Assembly (NCBI GenBank): GCA_043228905.1
Contig: JBHGNT010000015.1
Coordinates: 9,052,001 to 9,116,000 of the forward strand
DNA length: 64,000 bases
Direction: 5' to 3'
Source: Azolla caroliniana
Taxonomy: Eukaryota; Plantae; Polypodiophyta
Made by a program: the position numbers and the translations under genes. The notes under the pieces are model-generated. The model made no database searches. It was not told the DNA's origin and saw nothing but the letters and a program-made list of their open reading frames with translations. This document shows positions 1 to 13,805 of this stretch, piece by piece (position 1 is the stretch's first letter; each line of letters begins with the position of its first letter).

Positions 1-1390
1 GCTCGTTGCGAAAGGCTACATGCAATCGCATGGCATAGACTACGAAGAAACCTTTGCCCCGGTGGCAAAGATGACAACTGTATAGATAGTAATTGCACTT
101 GCCGCAGCGAAGGGATGGCACTTCCACTAGATGGACGTGAAAAATGCTTTCCTCCAAGGAGAGTTAGAAGAAGAGGTGTACATGATACAACCACCCGGAT
201 TCGAATCTCGTAAACATCCGCACACCGTATGCCGACTCAAGAAGCCACTCTACAGCCTCAAACAAGCACTACGTGCTTGGCATTCGAAGATCACACAATA
301 TCTTCCTCAAGTCGGATTTTGGATGTCAAAATCCGATACTTCTCTGTACATCCGAAATGAGTCGGATAGCCCGATCATCATGATCCTATACATGGATGAC
401 TTGGTCATCGGAGGAAAGGATCTCACAGAGATCAACAAAGTCAAAACACTTCTCTCCGATAGATTCGAAATGAAAGACCTGCACGAACTCCATTACTTCC
501 TAGGCATTGAAGTAATTTGGACACCAGTCGGGATAATGATCTCACAACGACACTACATCGTCAACTTACTCTACAAGTTCGGAATGACCGAGTGCAAGCC
601 TGTGTCTACCCCTCTTGATCGTAACCTAAAGATTGATGCCAATTCCGGAACCGCTGAGAGCGAGCCGACTCAGTATCGACAATTGATTGGTAGTTTGATC
701 TATCTAACCATTACGTGACCCGAGCTCAGTTATTCGGTCGGCCTACTTAACCAATTCATGCAGAATCCGCGAAACCTTCATCTTGATTGTGCTAAGAGGA
801 TACTACGGTATGTTAGTACGACAATGGCTTACAACATCATGTGTAAGTCAAACACGACTATTCGACTCGAAGGGTACACCGACGTGGACTGGGCAAGCTA
901 TAAAGCGGATAGATGATCCACCTCCAGATTTGTCTTCTCCCTCGGCCGCGGAGCAATCTCTTGGAGCAGCAAGAAATAGCCAACAGTCGCACTGTCGAGC
1001 ACAAAAGCTGAATATAGGGGCGCAACAGTCTACGCATGCGAAGTCGTATGGCTTAAACGCATACTAAAGGATTTGGGCGTTCCCATCAAGGATCCCATTT
1101 GTCTCTACTACGACAACATGAGCAGTATCTACCTAGCGCGCAATCCCGTACTTCACACGTGAACTAAACATATCGAAGTGCATTACCACTTCATCCGCGA
1201 GCGCGTATAGGCCGGCGAGATCGATCTACAACATACCAGTACGCACCTCCAAGTTGTTGATATATTTATGAAGGCCTTAGGAGTCGACAAGCTCGGGCAA
1301 TTTGCATCGGACCTTGGTCTCACGACATCTACATTGCTGAACTTGAGGGGGAGTACAAGTACAGGCAACATGGAAGCAATACTCAATTGA
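1..1390 (+). pseudogene. Copia pol (RT/RNaseH) pseudogene
   Basis: Copia RT motifs interrupted by several in-frame stops (e.g. TAG 128-130, TGA 716-718). Confidence 0.9.
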
Positions 1391-1476
1391 TCAAGTACGC
1401 AACACAACCGACTAGACAAGTCGAAGTACGAACCAAACAACCTTCTGGACAGATAGAAGTTGTGTTCGAATGGGCG

Positions 1477-1681
1477 TGTTGAGAGTCGAACTCAACTTCC
1501 CATAAATAGGTTTCACACTAGCTCATGGACATGTTGGGCTAGTTTTGTAAATAATAGAAAGGGCACTTGCCCTAGCTTAGTTGGTATATAAACCAACGCA
1601 TTGTAACTTAGTTACTGTTGGATGTTTTATGTTTGATGTATTTTTGGTTAATATATAGTTTGTTTCCATCTCTGCCTTAAG

Positions 1682-1736
<55 letters not shown>

Positions 1737-1815
1737 TGTTGCCTCAGACACACACACATTCTCAATCTTCTTCCGCTGCATTGCAATCACTCTTGCCTCC
1801 CATTCCGTTACAACA
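1477..1815 (+). repeat. Copia 3' LTR (339 bp) containing a (CT)n microsatellite at ~1684-1732
   Basis: Starts TGTTG after GAATGGGCG, ends CAACA; TATATAAA-like box ~1585. Confidence 0.8.
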
Positions 1816-2078
1816 ATATAATACAATAGTACATACATACACACATACACACATACACATTTACACATAACACTTACATACAATATACAATATGTACACA
1901 CACATAGATACACATGGAATACAATACAATCCATACATAACCACACACACACATGTGTATAATATACATATATATATGTTGTATGGAACATACATACACA
2001 CACAAACATAACACACATCACACATGCTATACATACAATAAATGCAATTAAATAAAATACAATACAATATGTTCATCA
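1816..2078. repeat. CA/TA-rich low-complexity tract (continues at 3974-4162 and 11038-11110)
   Basis: Recurrent ACATACACAC and GTATGGAACATACATACACAC motifs. Confidence 0.85.
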
Positions 2079-3973
2079 ATACACGACACTATGCATCACT
2101 TGGGCTTCAACAAGGCATGGATTAAGGGTGTTTCTTGTCTTTATAGAAATGCACATAGCTAGGTGTTGTTGGCAGGTGGAGTAGGACCTCGGTTTAATAT
2201 TACTCGGTCCGTCCGCTAGGGATGTTCGCTCGCACCATTTTTTTTCCTTTTGTTTGCGGAAGCAATGCATGTATTTATATTATCACAATCTATAGGCTTG
2301 TGTGGTTTAGCGATGCCAATGCATGGACAATATATATTTGACTCGGAATTTGTAGATGATATTGCATTATATGTGGATGGGACTCTAACGAATTTGCAAC
2401 AAGTACAAGGGGCTTTGTCACAGTTTTGTATATCATCTGGAGTTAAATTGGGAGAAAACTGTTGCATTTTGGGCGAGCAAGGAACCGCCGTCTTGTTGGG
2501 CACCGCATCACACTTTCCAGTGGACTCAAAGAGGAGTTGTGGTTTGATATCTTGTAGTGCAGGTTGGGATTGATTTAGTCCTAGAACTACATGCTACACC
2601 ATTATTATTAACTTTAAGGAAAAAGTTATTCTTGTGGAGCCACGCTAAACTATCTTTCGCCGGGAGAGTGATAGTTCCCAACCATGTGCTACTATCTACG
2701 GTGTGGTATATAGCTTCATCTTAGATCTTTTCAAAATCGTGCATTGAACAAATTCGAAGGCTGGTTAGGAATTTTATATGGGCAGGGGAGGATAGGAGTC
2801 ATGTAAGAGCGAAGGTGGCATGGAGTACATTGATAACCCCGAAGCAATACGGTGGTCTGGGGATTATAGATCCATTAGACCAATGCATGTCCTTGTTAGC
2901 AAAGCTAATAGTTTGTGGCCTTTTACTAGGACATGCCCCTTGGAAGCAATTGCTTATGCAAATATTGTATCGTTTTGCTCCGCCGATGGATGGATTATGG
3001 AGTGATAACATAAGGTAGATCTTTAAATCAGACAAGAAACATGTTATGAATAGGAATTGGGAAGACAAATTTTTTAATAGTCTTCTAAGAGGATGGGAGC
3101 ATGTACATAAAGGGTTGGGACATGGTGTACCAACATGTGAGGAGGAATACTTTAGACAAAACTTAGTGTGAAATCCGAATATACGTTTGCCCTCAGGGCA
3201 CATGTCGGAGTCCCGTATGCGATTGGATTGGGCCAAGCTCGATGCAAGGCCGGGAGCGTCCATTGATGCATGGAAATCCTTTCATACTTTGAATATAAAT
3301 GCCAAATTAGAATTTTTGTCTTCCTTGAGAGGGATTGTAGTTTTTATGTTTAGGGATTGCAGTTTTTCGTGGGTTATGGTAGTATGGGCTACAATGGCAC
3401 AAATGTGGCCATATGAGGCATGTCCAAATGACACGATTATTAGAATTCAAAGAGGAATGATAATGGTGGTGCAACGAAGTCATATGGAAGCTCCTTACAT
3501 GTTAAAGGCAATGCAAGAAGTATGGGAGCTGCTATGCACCACCACAATGTGGTTTATTTGGATTGTTAGGTGTTCTAAGGTGTTTGGTAATACTACTGTT
3601 CATCCAGTGGAATGTGTATGGAATGTCTAGATTGAGATGGTGCATACCATGAAAGGGTGGTATGAGGATATTAAAGGCGAGACAGATGCTGCAGTATTGC
3701 AATGCCTTGAATTTATTGCCTATTGGAAGAATGCCCCTTTTCTCACATTACAAAATTCAAGACCCCAATGGTGCTTAGCACCATCAATATGGTTGTTCCC
3801 ACCACCAATCACATAACTTGGTTAAGCCGTGGTGGAGTGTTCATACTATTTATCCTTGAGGGATGGAACCTAAGGAAGAATGCATCATATCAATGGTAGC
3901 TTGATGGTAGGTGAACTTTATTTTAATAATTGTTTATAACTAATGAAAGGATATTTTCTAGGGAAAAAAAAAA
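2079..3973 (+). mobile_element. 5'-truncated L1-clade LINE (decayed ORF2 RT and C-terminus) with poly(A) tail
   Basis: Translates RSVR*GCSLAPFFFLLFAE, EFVDDIAL, PKQYGGLGII, MWFIWIVRCSKVF; A10 tail at 3964-3973. Confidence 0.88.
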
Positions 3974-4162
3974 TGTAAATACATACACACACAAACATAA
4001 CAAACAACACACATGCATACCACATACAAACATATATGATGTATGGAACATACATACACACACACACAAACATAACACACAACACACATGCATACCACAT
4101 ACCACATACAAACATAACAAACAACATACATGCATACCACATACAAACATATATAATGTATG

Positions 4163-4618
4163 TATTACGAGCATGACCATTTAATATCCCGTGGTGAGAA
4201 TTTACCGTAGTATTCTATACACGTGGATAAGTGTGAGGGTCAAACGAGAGTGTAAAGAAGGGGAGGATTACTTTTAATCCTCGGGATTGAGACAACCCAT
4301 TAGTTCAAGTGTGAACTTGCCTAGGGGCATTGGGTATCGCTATAAATAAAAGGCCTAGCTACCCTCATTTGATCATCTTTTTTACTACATCGAGACTCTG
4401 CTCTTGTGGTGGGTCAACTCTTGTAGCGAGCGCGCCAGCACCAGGTACGACTCGACGCCACAACGGTGGTATGGGACGCCGATCGAGGCTCGAGTCCGTC
4501 TCGATCCCTTTGCTCAGGGGTGGTCGGGTGGATCGGCACCCTTCTTTCTCTTTCTCCTTTCTATCTATCATTAGTTTATCCTTATCTTAAGCTTACTTTA
4601 GTACCTAGATCTCTAATA
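4163..4618 (+). repeat. 5' LTR of Gypsy A
   Basis: Direct repeat of 10582-11037, followed by tRNA-iMet PBS. Confidence 0.95.
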
Positions 4619-6260
4619 TTTGGTATCAGAGCTATGTACTAATGTTTCTTTGTTTGTCTTTTGTCTTTTGATTAATGGTGATCGATCGATGTGCGGTCGG
4701 CCTTGATCTAGACAACGATCAACAAAGAACTTCGGTAACTGTTTCCGTAAATTTTTTTTCTATTCTCTCTTCTCCCATCTAATTATGTGTTTAGTTTATA
4801 TGTCATTTTTTCATTAAGTCAATGATGTTGTAGTGATCTTTAATTGATTATCTAAAACGTTTACATATGTACACGAGGTCAATACCTTGTTTGACATATA
4901 AATAATATGTGATGAGTGTCGTATGCGTACAAGGTTAATACCTCAATTACGTATTACGTTCACGAACATATGTTACGTTTGCGTATGAGTTTAATACCTT
5001 GATTTGTTCTAAAGGATATGCATTTGGTCTTGTATGCGTAAGAGGTCAATACCTCAATTGCGTATTACGATGATCTCTTATTTGTGGATGTTTCGTGTGC
5101 ATAGAGGTATATACCTCGATTACGTATCTCGATCACATCATTTGTGGCTATTTAATATAACGATATGTTTAATATAGGCATATGTGGTCACGTATATACG
5201 TACGTATTTGATCGTATATATGTGATAAGTAAACATATGTGTATATTTGTTATTACGTGATTATATCGAAAGTTGTCCTTGTCGAGAAAAGGATGTTGGT
5301 GGCCGTCCTCACATTTTTGTGAGAATGGCGTTGTCACCATCCCTTTTTTAACAATTTTTTATTGTTGACAACCCCGTTGATGACCTCAATTTCGTTATGT
5401 AAAGAAACGCCTATAGCCATAAAGATGTTGAGTACGTAGGGCTTGACCCACTTCAAGTGAGGTCGCTCCAATGACACACGTATCCAACATCCCTCCCTCG
5501 TTACATGGATACGATGCCACCATGAGCTCGTTCTTACGAGAGGCATTCGTAATGACGTGACCGTGTGATGGGTCATGTGGGCCTACTACGAAACAAGGGC
5601 TCATTTGGCTTGACCATTAGGTTGCAGTTTGGCGTATGCAATCGTAATTACGAGACTTGAGGTTAGGTAACGTACCAACATAGTTTTGGTAATGAGGGCG
5701 AAATAAGGACCCTTGACATATATGTTCTTTTAAGAAAAACATATATGACCAAATGCCTCGCATATCTCTTATACGTATCAAACATTAAGCATTTGAGAAG
5801 AGCAACTTACTTGTTTGGCTCAAGTGTTTAATGTATTTGTTCTCGAGGTCTTGAGTTCAAATATGACCAAGACCATACAACATCCTTGATACATATGACT
5901 ATAACACATGTTTAGACTTAAGGTCTAAGTGCACCTCGGGGTCCTCGTAATAGGACTTAAAGAGCCGAAACCACATATGTGGGCAAAGAAACATAGTTTA
6001 TTATTAACATTTTTTTCGTGTATAAACTACTCATGACGCGAACATACATGGTTGAGCCTCGGGGAGCCGCCATTGAAAAATCGATATAGAAAAGACATTA
6101 AATTGTCACCCCCATGGTTTTTAAAACACCTTTGTGTTACCATAGTAACTTGATCTTGAACCTATCGATTAATGTTTGCCCATGATATGTTTACATCACG
6201 ACATGATGTTATGACTATCTCTCTGACCTTATCCTATTTCTTTTCCAGAAATAATCTTTA

Positions 6261-9200
6261 ATGGCTCAAATTAACGACCCGATGTCATCCGCTCAAGCGA
6301 AAGGAACTCAAGGGAATCCTCTTGGACAAATGTCCACTGAGATGTATTTGGCACAAATAACCCAATACCTTAGTTTCACCGCTCAACAGATGACCAAACT
6401 TCGGCAATCTTAGAGTGCTCTTGAGGCACGTGTCATTAGTCTACAACATGAGACTAATAGACCTGATGAGCGACAAGGTGAACCATCATTTGTCGTTAAA
6501 GCCATTTACGAGAGACAAAAAGGAAAGAACCGAAGAAGCAATCTACACATGTCTGGGACGAAGGGAGTCTCATTTTGAGCTCTATCCCACGCCAGATAGT
6601 ACGAAGATTGCATATGTCGGCCGAGAACCGAGGGGGTAAGGCCGCCACCTGGTGGCATGGGCTCCGTACAATGGGGAAATTGCCCGATACCTAGACAAAT
6701 TTTGTCACGGTTTTTAAGGGCCAATTTTTGCAACCTCCCTCTCGAACCGAGGCCGCACAAGCTTTAATGAACCTCTCTAGCAGGAAATTTTCCTCGCTAG
6801 AAGACTATGTTCACCATACTAGAACCCAAATCCAAAAATCGGGTCTAGAAGGGGACAATTGGTTGATAGCTTGTTTTGTCAATGGCATCCCCAATTCGGA
6901 CTATCACTGGATAGTGCACGATAAGGATCCAAAATCCTTCGAAGAGGCCGTTGAAATAGTTCTTCGCTATCAACGCACTTCGAAGAAGGACCACAACAAA
7001 CCCAACGAAGTGCTCAGGACTAAGCAGTCGCAATTCGTTGGGAAACGGAAGACACCCAACGAATTCATGGATCGCGATTGTAAGCGACAACATCCTTTTT
7101 GCGTATTCTGCAAAAAGAAGGGTCATACAAAAGATCAATGTCGAAAGCTCCAACAGAAAGAGCACGACAACAAAGCTAAAGCTGCAGACCATAAAGGTAA
7201 GATTCCTAATATCCTTCAGGTCTATACACATCATTTAAGTAATTGTCAATGTTCTTTCCCTCACTATGTATTGGGTCCCAGTGATTTACTACGTGCAAAC
7301 AGTCCCGTACAATTTTTATTTGATTCGGGAAGCTCACACAATTTTGTGAATGATCGTTTGGTTCAGATATGGGGAATCCAACCCACTGTAAGTGATCACA
7401 CGGTGCACTTGGCTGATGGAAGAGTACAATACATCAATGGGGCGATTCATTCATTAGGAATTTCTATTGATACTTATATAGAGGAAGTAGACTTCCATGT
7501 AATGAATCTTTGTACCACTGATGTAATATTGGGTTATCCCTGGTTTTATAATAAAAACTCTTCTTTATCTATTGATTGGGTTCATCATTCAATTACATTT
7601 GTATTGAACGATTGTACTCATTTTATTCAATGTGTAAAAAAATAATCCCTCTTGATTGTTTCCTCGTGTCCATCAATATCCGAGTTGTCTTGTTCTACTC
7701 TATTTTATTGTGTACTTGATCCGGACATTCACATTTATAATATCGATAATGTCTCGGTTCAATTAACATATTTTGAACAACAACTTGATGAAATCTTAAA
7801 TGATTTTCGTGATGTTTTTCCGAGTGAACTACCAGATGGCTTACCTCCTAAACGTAATATAGACCATCGTATAGATATTGTACCTGGTGTTGCACCAATA
7901 AGTATACCTCCTTATCGCTTAACTCGATCCGAAGAGGATGAGGTATCTAAGCAACTTAAGGACTATTTACGAATGGGTTATATACGTTATAGTAAATCTC
8001 CATGGGTTGCACCAGTTCTCTTGGTTAAAAAGAAAGAGGGTACATGGCGTATGTGTATTAATTACCGACGCTTGAATAAAGTGACGATCAAGAATTCGTA
8101 TCCATTGCCCCGGGCTGACGATCTAATTGACCGTCTCCAGGGAGCTCGGTATTTTACGAAACTTGATCTCCGTACTGGCTACCATCAAATACGAATAAGT
8201 GAGGACGATGTTCCTAAAACGGCATGCCATTACGAGTTTTTGGTTATGCCTTTTGGTTTTACCGAGAACAACTTGGAAAATTTGTCGTTATTTTCTTGGA
8301 TGATATTTTGGTTTATAGCTGTACATTAAAAGAACATGCTAGACATGTCCGCTTTGTTTTACAAACATTGCGTGCCAAACATATTTATGCAAAGATCTCA
8401 AAATGTGAGTTCTTCAAGAAATCAATTACTTATCTTTGACATCTCATAACTGAATGAGGAGTTGAAATTGATCCTTCTCGCATTGAGAAAATCAAGCTAT
8501 GGCCCACTCTTCGTAATATTCGAGAAGTTCGATCATTCCTTGGTTTTGTCCGGTTTTTGCGAAAGTCTCTTCGTAATTACTCCCAATTGATGACGCCATT
8601 TACTTATCTTTTAAAAGGTCAAACACGTAAGTCTACAAAACCTATTCTGGGGAATGCTACACTAGACCTCGCCTTTAAGGAACTCAAGGTTTGCAAGGCT
8701 CCTTCACTTCTTTTACCTAATCCTTCAAAACCTTTTGAGGTTGAAGCCAATGCAAGAGATTATGCTATAGGTGCTGTCTTGTATCAAGATGGTAAACCAA
8801 TAGCATTCAAGAGTAAGAAACTTGATTCTACTCAATGTCGGTATACCGTTCAAGAAAAGGAATTATTTGCAGTTATACATGCTCAAAACATGGCACCATT
8901 ATCTTTGTGGTAACTACGGACCATGAGTCCTTGAAATATTTCTGTGACCAACAAGACTTGAAAGGTCATAAGGCACGATGGGCTGATCTCATCCAGGACT
9001 TTGATTTTTCCATACAATATTGTAAAGGTTCCATGAACACTGTCGCTGATGCACTAAGTCGCATCCGTGAAGTTAATATGCTTAGCTTCACTGAAATAAC
9101 ATCAGATCTTTATGATCACCTTCGAGGAAAGTATCCTGATGACAGTTATTTTGCAAAATATTGGGCAAGAGTCGAGTCTGGAACAGACACCAGCACATCC

Positions 9201-10580
9201 TCGAAGGAATACTTCCACATTGCTAACAGTTTGCTCTACCATAATGGGAAGGTTTGTGTTCTAGATTTACCCGACGTAAAAAAGAGGATTCTTTTTGAAT
9301 GCCATGATGCACCCTCAACAGGGCACCCTGGAATACATCGTACATTTGTTCTCATCTCCACTCAATTTTATTGGCCTAAGATGCGTCCTGACATACATAG
9401 CTATGTGACTAAATGTCACCAGTGTCAGGTTAACAAAGCCGAGCGACTTAAAGCCGTAGGACTTTTACATCCCTTCGACATTCCCAATAATAAGTGGGAA
9501 AGTATATCCATGGATTTTATTGTTAGCCTTCCTCGCACCTAAAAAGGTCATGATGCCATTTGGGTTGTCGTTGATCGACTAACTAAAATGGCCAGATTTA
9601 TTGCTACTAAAACCACGGTAACAACTCCTGAATTGGCTTACCAATTCGTTGACGAATTATTTCATTTTTATGGGTTACCGATGGATATCGTGAGTGATCG
9701 AGATCCAAAGTTTACTAGTGACTTCTAGACGCAAGTCTTTAAGAAGTTAGAAACTACGTTGAGCATGAGCTCCACGGATCATCCTCAATCCAATGGACAG
9801 ACAGAACCAGTAAATCAAATTATTGAGGACATGCTTCGAGCATACATTGGTGCAAAACCAACAAAATGGGAACGTTATCTCCCAATTTTGGAGTTTTCTT
9901 ATAACAGCTCCAAGCATACATCGACGGGATATAGTCCTTTTATGTTGATGTATGGTTTTCAGCCACGAGCCCCAATTGATGTTAATATACATCATGATGA
10001 GTTGCGAAGTACGCAAAACTTTCTTCGGGATATGCAAGATATTTTGCATATTGCACGAGATAATATAAAAACAGCTCAAGATAGAGCGCATTTTTATGCC
10101 GACCATCATAGGCAAACCTCGTGTATTCAACCCTGGATAGAAGGTATTTTTACATGTACCTCACAATTCTAAGACATTGTTTACGGGTAAGTGCGCTAAG
10201 TTAGCCCCACGGTTTTGTGGACCTTTTACAGTCCTCAAACGCATTGGGTCATCAGCCTATCGTCTCACTCTTCCTGATGGTGTTGGAATTCATCCAGTCT
10301 TTCATGTGAGTCGTCTAAAAGAACTTCTAGGTTCTGGTGACAACACAGTTACAACTGAAACTCTAGTTACTTCTGAAGATTTATCTTCGAAACCACATGT
10401 ACCAGAAAGAATTCTCGATGTTAAAAAACAAAAAAGTTACATACTAAAGACATCCGAGAATTTAAAATTAAATGGATGGACAAATCTATCAAAGATGCCA
10501 CATGGGAACACGAGAATACTCTAAGAACAAACTTCCCTAACTTTCCATTGCAAGAGTGCAATGTTTTAAAGAAGGGGAGT
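6261..10580 (+). pseudogene. gag-pol of Gypsy A (gag, CCHC, PR, RT, RH, IN, chromodomain), multiple stops and frameshifts
   Basis: [38 protein letters not shown]...CHQC, FCGPF; colinear with copy B. Confidence 0.93.
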
Positions 10581-10581
10581 A

Positions 10582-11037
10582 TGTTACGAGCATGACCATT
10601 TAATATCCCGTGGTGAGAATTTACCGTAGTATTCTATACAGGTGGATAAGTGTGAGGGTTAAACGAGAGTGTAAAGAAGGGGAGGATTACTTTTAATCCT
10701 CGGGATTGAGACAACCCATTAGGTCAAGTGTGAACTTGTCTGGGGGCCTTGGGTATTGCTATAAATAAGAGGCCTAGCTACCCTCATTTGATCATCTTTT
10801 TGACTACATCAAGACTCTGCTCTTGTGGTGGGTCAACTCTTGTAGTGAGCGTGCCAGCACCAGGTACGATTCAACGCCATGGCAGTGGAATGGGACGCCG
10901 ATCGAGGCTTGAGTCCGTCTCGATCCCTTCGCTCGGGGGTGGTTGGGTGGATCGGCACCCTTCTTTCTCTTTCTCCTTTCTATCTATCATTAGTTTATCC
11001 TTATCTTAAGCTTAATTTAGTACCTAGATCTCTAATA
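10582..11037 (+). repeat. 3' LTR of Gypsy A
   Basis: TGTTAC...CTAATA; preceded by PPT, followed by TSD. Confidence 0.95.
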
Positions 11038-12827
11038 GTATGGAACATACATACACACAAATCACATATGAATACCACATTGATAATGCACACATACACA
11101 CATATATATGATAGGTGGCCCATTCTATGTGTAGATAATGGATGAAGAATCTATTATTGAAGTGTTTGAACATGAGAGGGATGATGAAGATAAACCTTTG
11201 GGCATTGTAAGTGAGAGGAACTCTTACATATTCAAAGATCCAAGTGGAAATAATTGTGGACCGTATATTTTATGAACCATTTTCCTTTGTGTACACAAAA
11301 AATAATATTTTGAATGGGAAACAAGAAGAGAAATGACATTTAAAAGAAAATAAAGTCTATATCAAGCCTAGTATTGATAAACAAAAAGTCTCTTCAAAAG
11401 AATCATGCATTAATGTTGAGGGTTCATTGTTGAGTCAAGCCGGGACAATTTTAAAGATACATCTCCAATTGAAACAATCAAGGATAAGATTCCTAGAGAT
11501 GTTTTAGGTAAATGGATGATAGAATGTAATAGGATACGTGTAAAATTAAGTAATGCTACAATTCCTGGAGATTATAAAATTGAGTTGAATTGAAGGTTAA
11601 GGATTTTTGTGGAAAAACAATCATAAGATTATGGTGCAATGAGTGTGGAGAACCCTATGGTGCTGGTTCTACGGAAGCAAAAGTAGCAAATGTGTGTCTT
11701 AATAATTTTTTTAGAAGTCATTAAGAGCCGAAGTCATGAAAAACGATATTATGCTCCAAGGGGTTAAGCCAACAAGATGAATCAATAAACTTATCTAAAA
11801 TAGATGACGAGGCCTATATCAACTTTTCATTGGAAGTTCTCAAGACTTTTAATGACACTACAAGTGGTAAGCATGTTTGTACTTTAAACCTTAATATTGT
11901 AGTTATGAATAATATGCTAATATATGTGAGAACTGTTTTTTTATAGACGCAGAATTTGATTTACTAGAGACAACACTTCATGGATATATATATAAGGCAA
12001 TGGTGAAGGTAAAATGCAAAATTGATGGATCTTGGTTACCATTATGCCCTCCAAGGAGTGATTTGTCAACAATTTTGTTTGAACACATACAATCCAAGAT
12101 CCATCTAAAGGCAATGGAGATGGTTCGACATGCTAGTACACCAATAATGAATGGATTTCCAGGTCATCCACGAAAACAAGAAGCTTTACCTTCAAATCAA
12201 CAAACCTTGAACAAATTTCTTATTTCAACCTTGTGACCTTCGTCTAGTCAAGAATGTGAGTTCTCTAGTCCACATTATTTTGGTTTGTCACTATTGTGTT
12301 GGGGGATATTGGCATAACAACATAATGATAAATGATGAAGAAATACATGTAAAATCATTTCTCATGGAGCCTTATGGTTCTCTAAGACTTACACCAAAGC
12401 CATTGTGATGTATGAGATGCAAGGATGTGTTATTGATGGATGTTTTCGCCATTTTCATTGTAAAACAGTATCCAAGATTGAAGAACCCTTTCATAATCTT
12501 ACATGTGAAAAATGTAATGATTTCCGTATGATGGTGTATAGGGAGCGCAGGGATAAAGTCCAAAGAGGTAATCGAGGAACTGGGGAGGGTAGGAGACTAG
12601 ATTATCTTACTCAAGAAGACACAATAAAGGAAATGTCAAGTTCTAAACAAACCATATGTCGCGCTCATAGATAAATATGGTGGTTAGCTTGCAAAGTTGC
12701 AATGCTTTCGGTAAAGGTAATGACTCTCAAGGAAGCATCCCTTAAGAGTGTGGAACGGAAGGATGTTTGAATATTTTGTAATAACATTATTGAGGCTCAT
12801 CGAGCTCAAAAATTTGGTGGAAAGAAT

Positions 12828-13292
12828 TGTTACGGGCATGACCATATAATATCCCGTGGTGAGAATTGTCGTAGTATTCTATACACGTGGATAAGTGTGA
12901 GGGTTAAACAAAGAGTCTAAAGAAGGGGAGGATTACTTTTAATCCTCGGGATTGAGACAACCCATGAGGCCAAGTGTGAACATGGCTGGGGGCCTTGAGA
13001 ATTACTATAAATAAGAGGCCTAGCTACCCTCATTTCATCATGCATTGACTACGTCGAGACTCTGTCCGTGAGTGGAACGACTCTTGTAGCAAGCGCGCTA
13101 TCGTCCAGGTACGACTCGACGCCAAGGCGGTGGTATGGGACGCCGATCGAGGCTCGAGTCCGTCTCGATCCCTTCGCTCGGGGGTGGTCGGGTGGATCGG
13201 CACCCTTCTTTCTCTCTTTTCTCTCTATTCTTTCTAGATCTATCATTGATATATCCTTATTTTATGCTTACTTTAGTACCTAATCTCTAATA
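12828..13292 (+). repeat. 5' LTR of Gypsy B
   Basis: Near-identical to 19416-19880. Confidence 0.97.
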
Positions 13293-13544
13293 TTTGGTAT
13301 CAGAGCCTATGTACTAACGTTTCTTTTGGTTTTCTTTTTGTCTTCGCGTGGGATGGCGATTGATCGTTGTGCGGTCGCCTTCATGCAGACAAGGATTAGC
13401 GAAAGAACTTCGGTAAATTTTCCTTAATTTTTTATCTAATTTTTCTTCTCCCTTCTATACATGTGTATACTTAATATGTAGTTTTTTTTTCATATATTCA
13501 ATGATGTTGACGTGGTATTTAATTGGTTATCTTAAACGTTTACA

Positions 13545-13805
13545 TATGTCCACGAGGTCAATACCTCGTTTGACATATAAATCATATGTGATGAGTGTCG
13601 TATGCGTACGAGGTTACTACCTCAATTGCGTATTACGTTCACGAACATATGTTACGTTCGCGTACGAGGTCAATACCTCGATTCGTTCGAAATGATATGC
13701 GTTGGATTTACTATGCGTAAGAGGTCAATACCTCAATTGCGAATTACGCTTAACCTTATTTTCGGATGTTTCGTGTGCGTAGAGGTATATGCCTCGATTA
13801 CGTAT
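13545..13805 (+). repeat. Five-unit hairpin array GAGGT-N4-ACCTC in the 5' leader (homolog at ~4866-5125)
   Basis: Cores start at 13554, 13610, 13666, 13721, 13782. Confidence 0.85.

Larger units (their letters stand above)
1..1815 (+). mobile_element. Ty1/Copia element 3' part (RT-RNaseH remnant + 3' LTR), runs off the left edge
   Basis: [25 protein letters not shown] (ORF 131-718); RNaseH-like sequence to ~1390 with stops; LTR TGTTG...CAACA follows. Confidence 0.92.
4163..11037 (+). mobile_element. Ty3/Gypsy chromovirus, copy A (full length, decayed)
   Basis: LTRs 4163-4618 and 10582-11037 (456 bp, ~25 differences by eye); TSD GTATG at 4158-4162 and 11038-11042; PBS TGGTATCAGAGC 4621-4632; PPT AAAGAAGGGGAG before 3' LTR. 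Confidence 0.96.

Noticed and set aside
1577-2079. Cys/Val/Tyr-rich and ER-repeat ORFs (also 3918-4184)
   Set aside because: Translations of microsatellite and low-complexity DNA
4330-4590. Short ORFs within Gypsy A/B LTRs
   Set aside because: Non-ATG starts; frames are not conserved between A and B
13545-13805. CRISPR array
   Set aside because: Only ~14-bp degenerate cores, located inside a eukaryotic retrotransposon leader, with no cas genes; kept as a hairpin array
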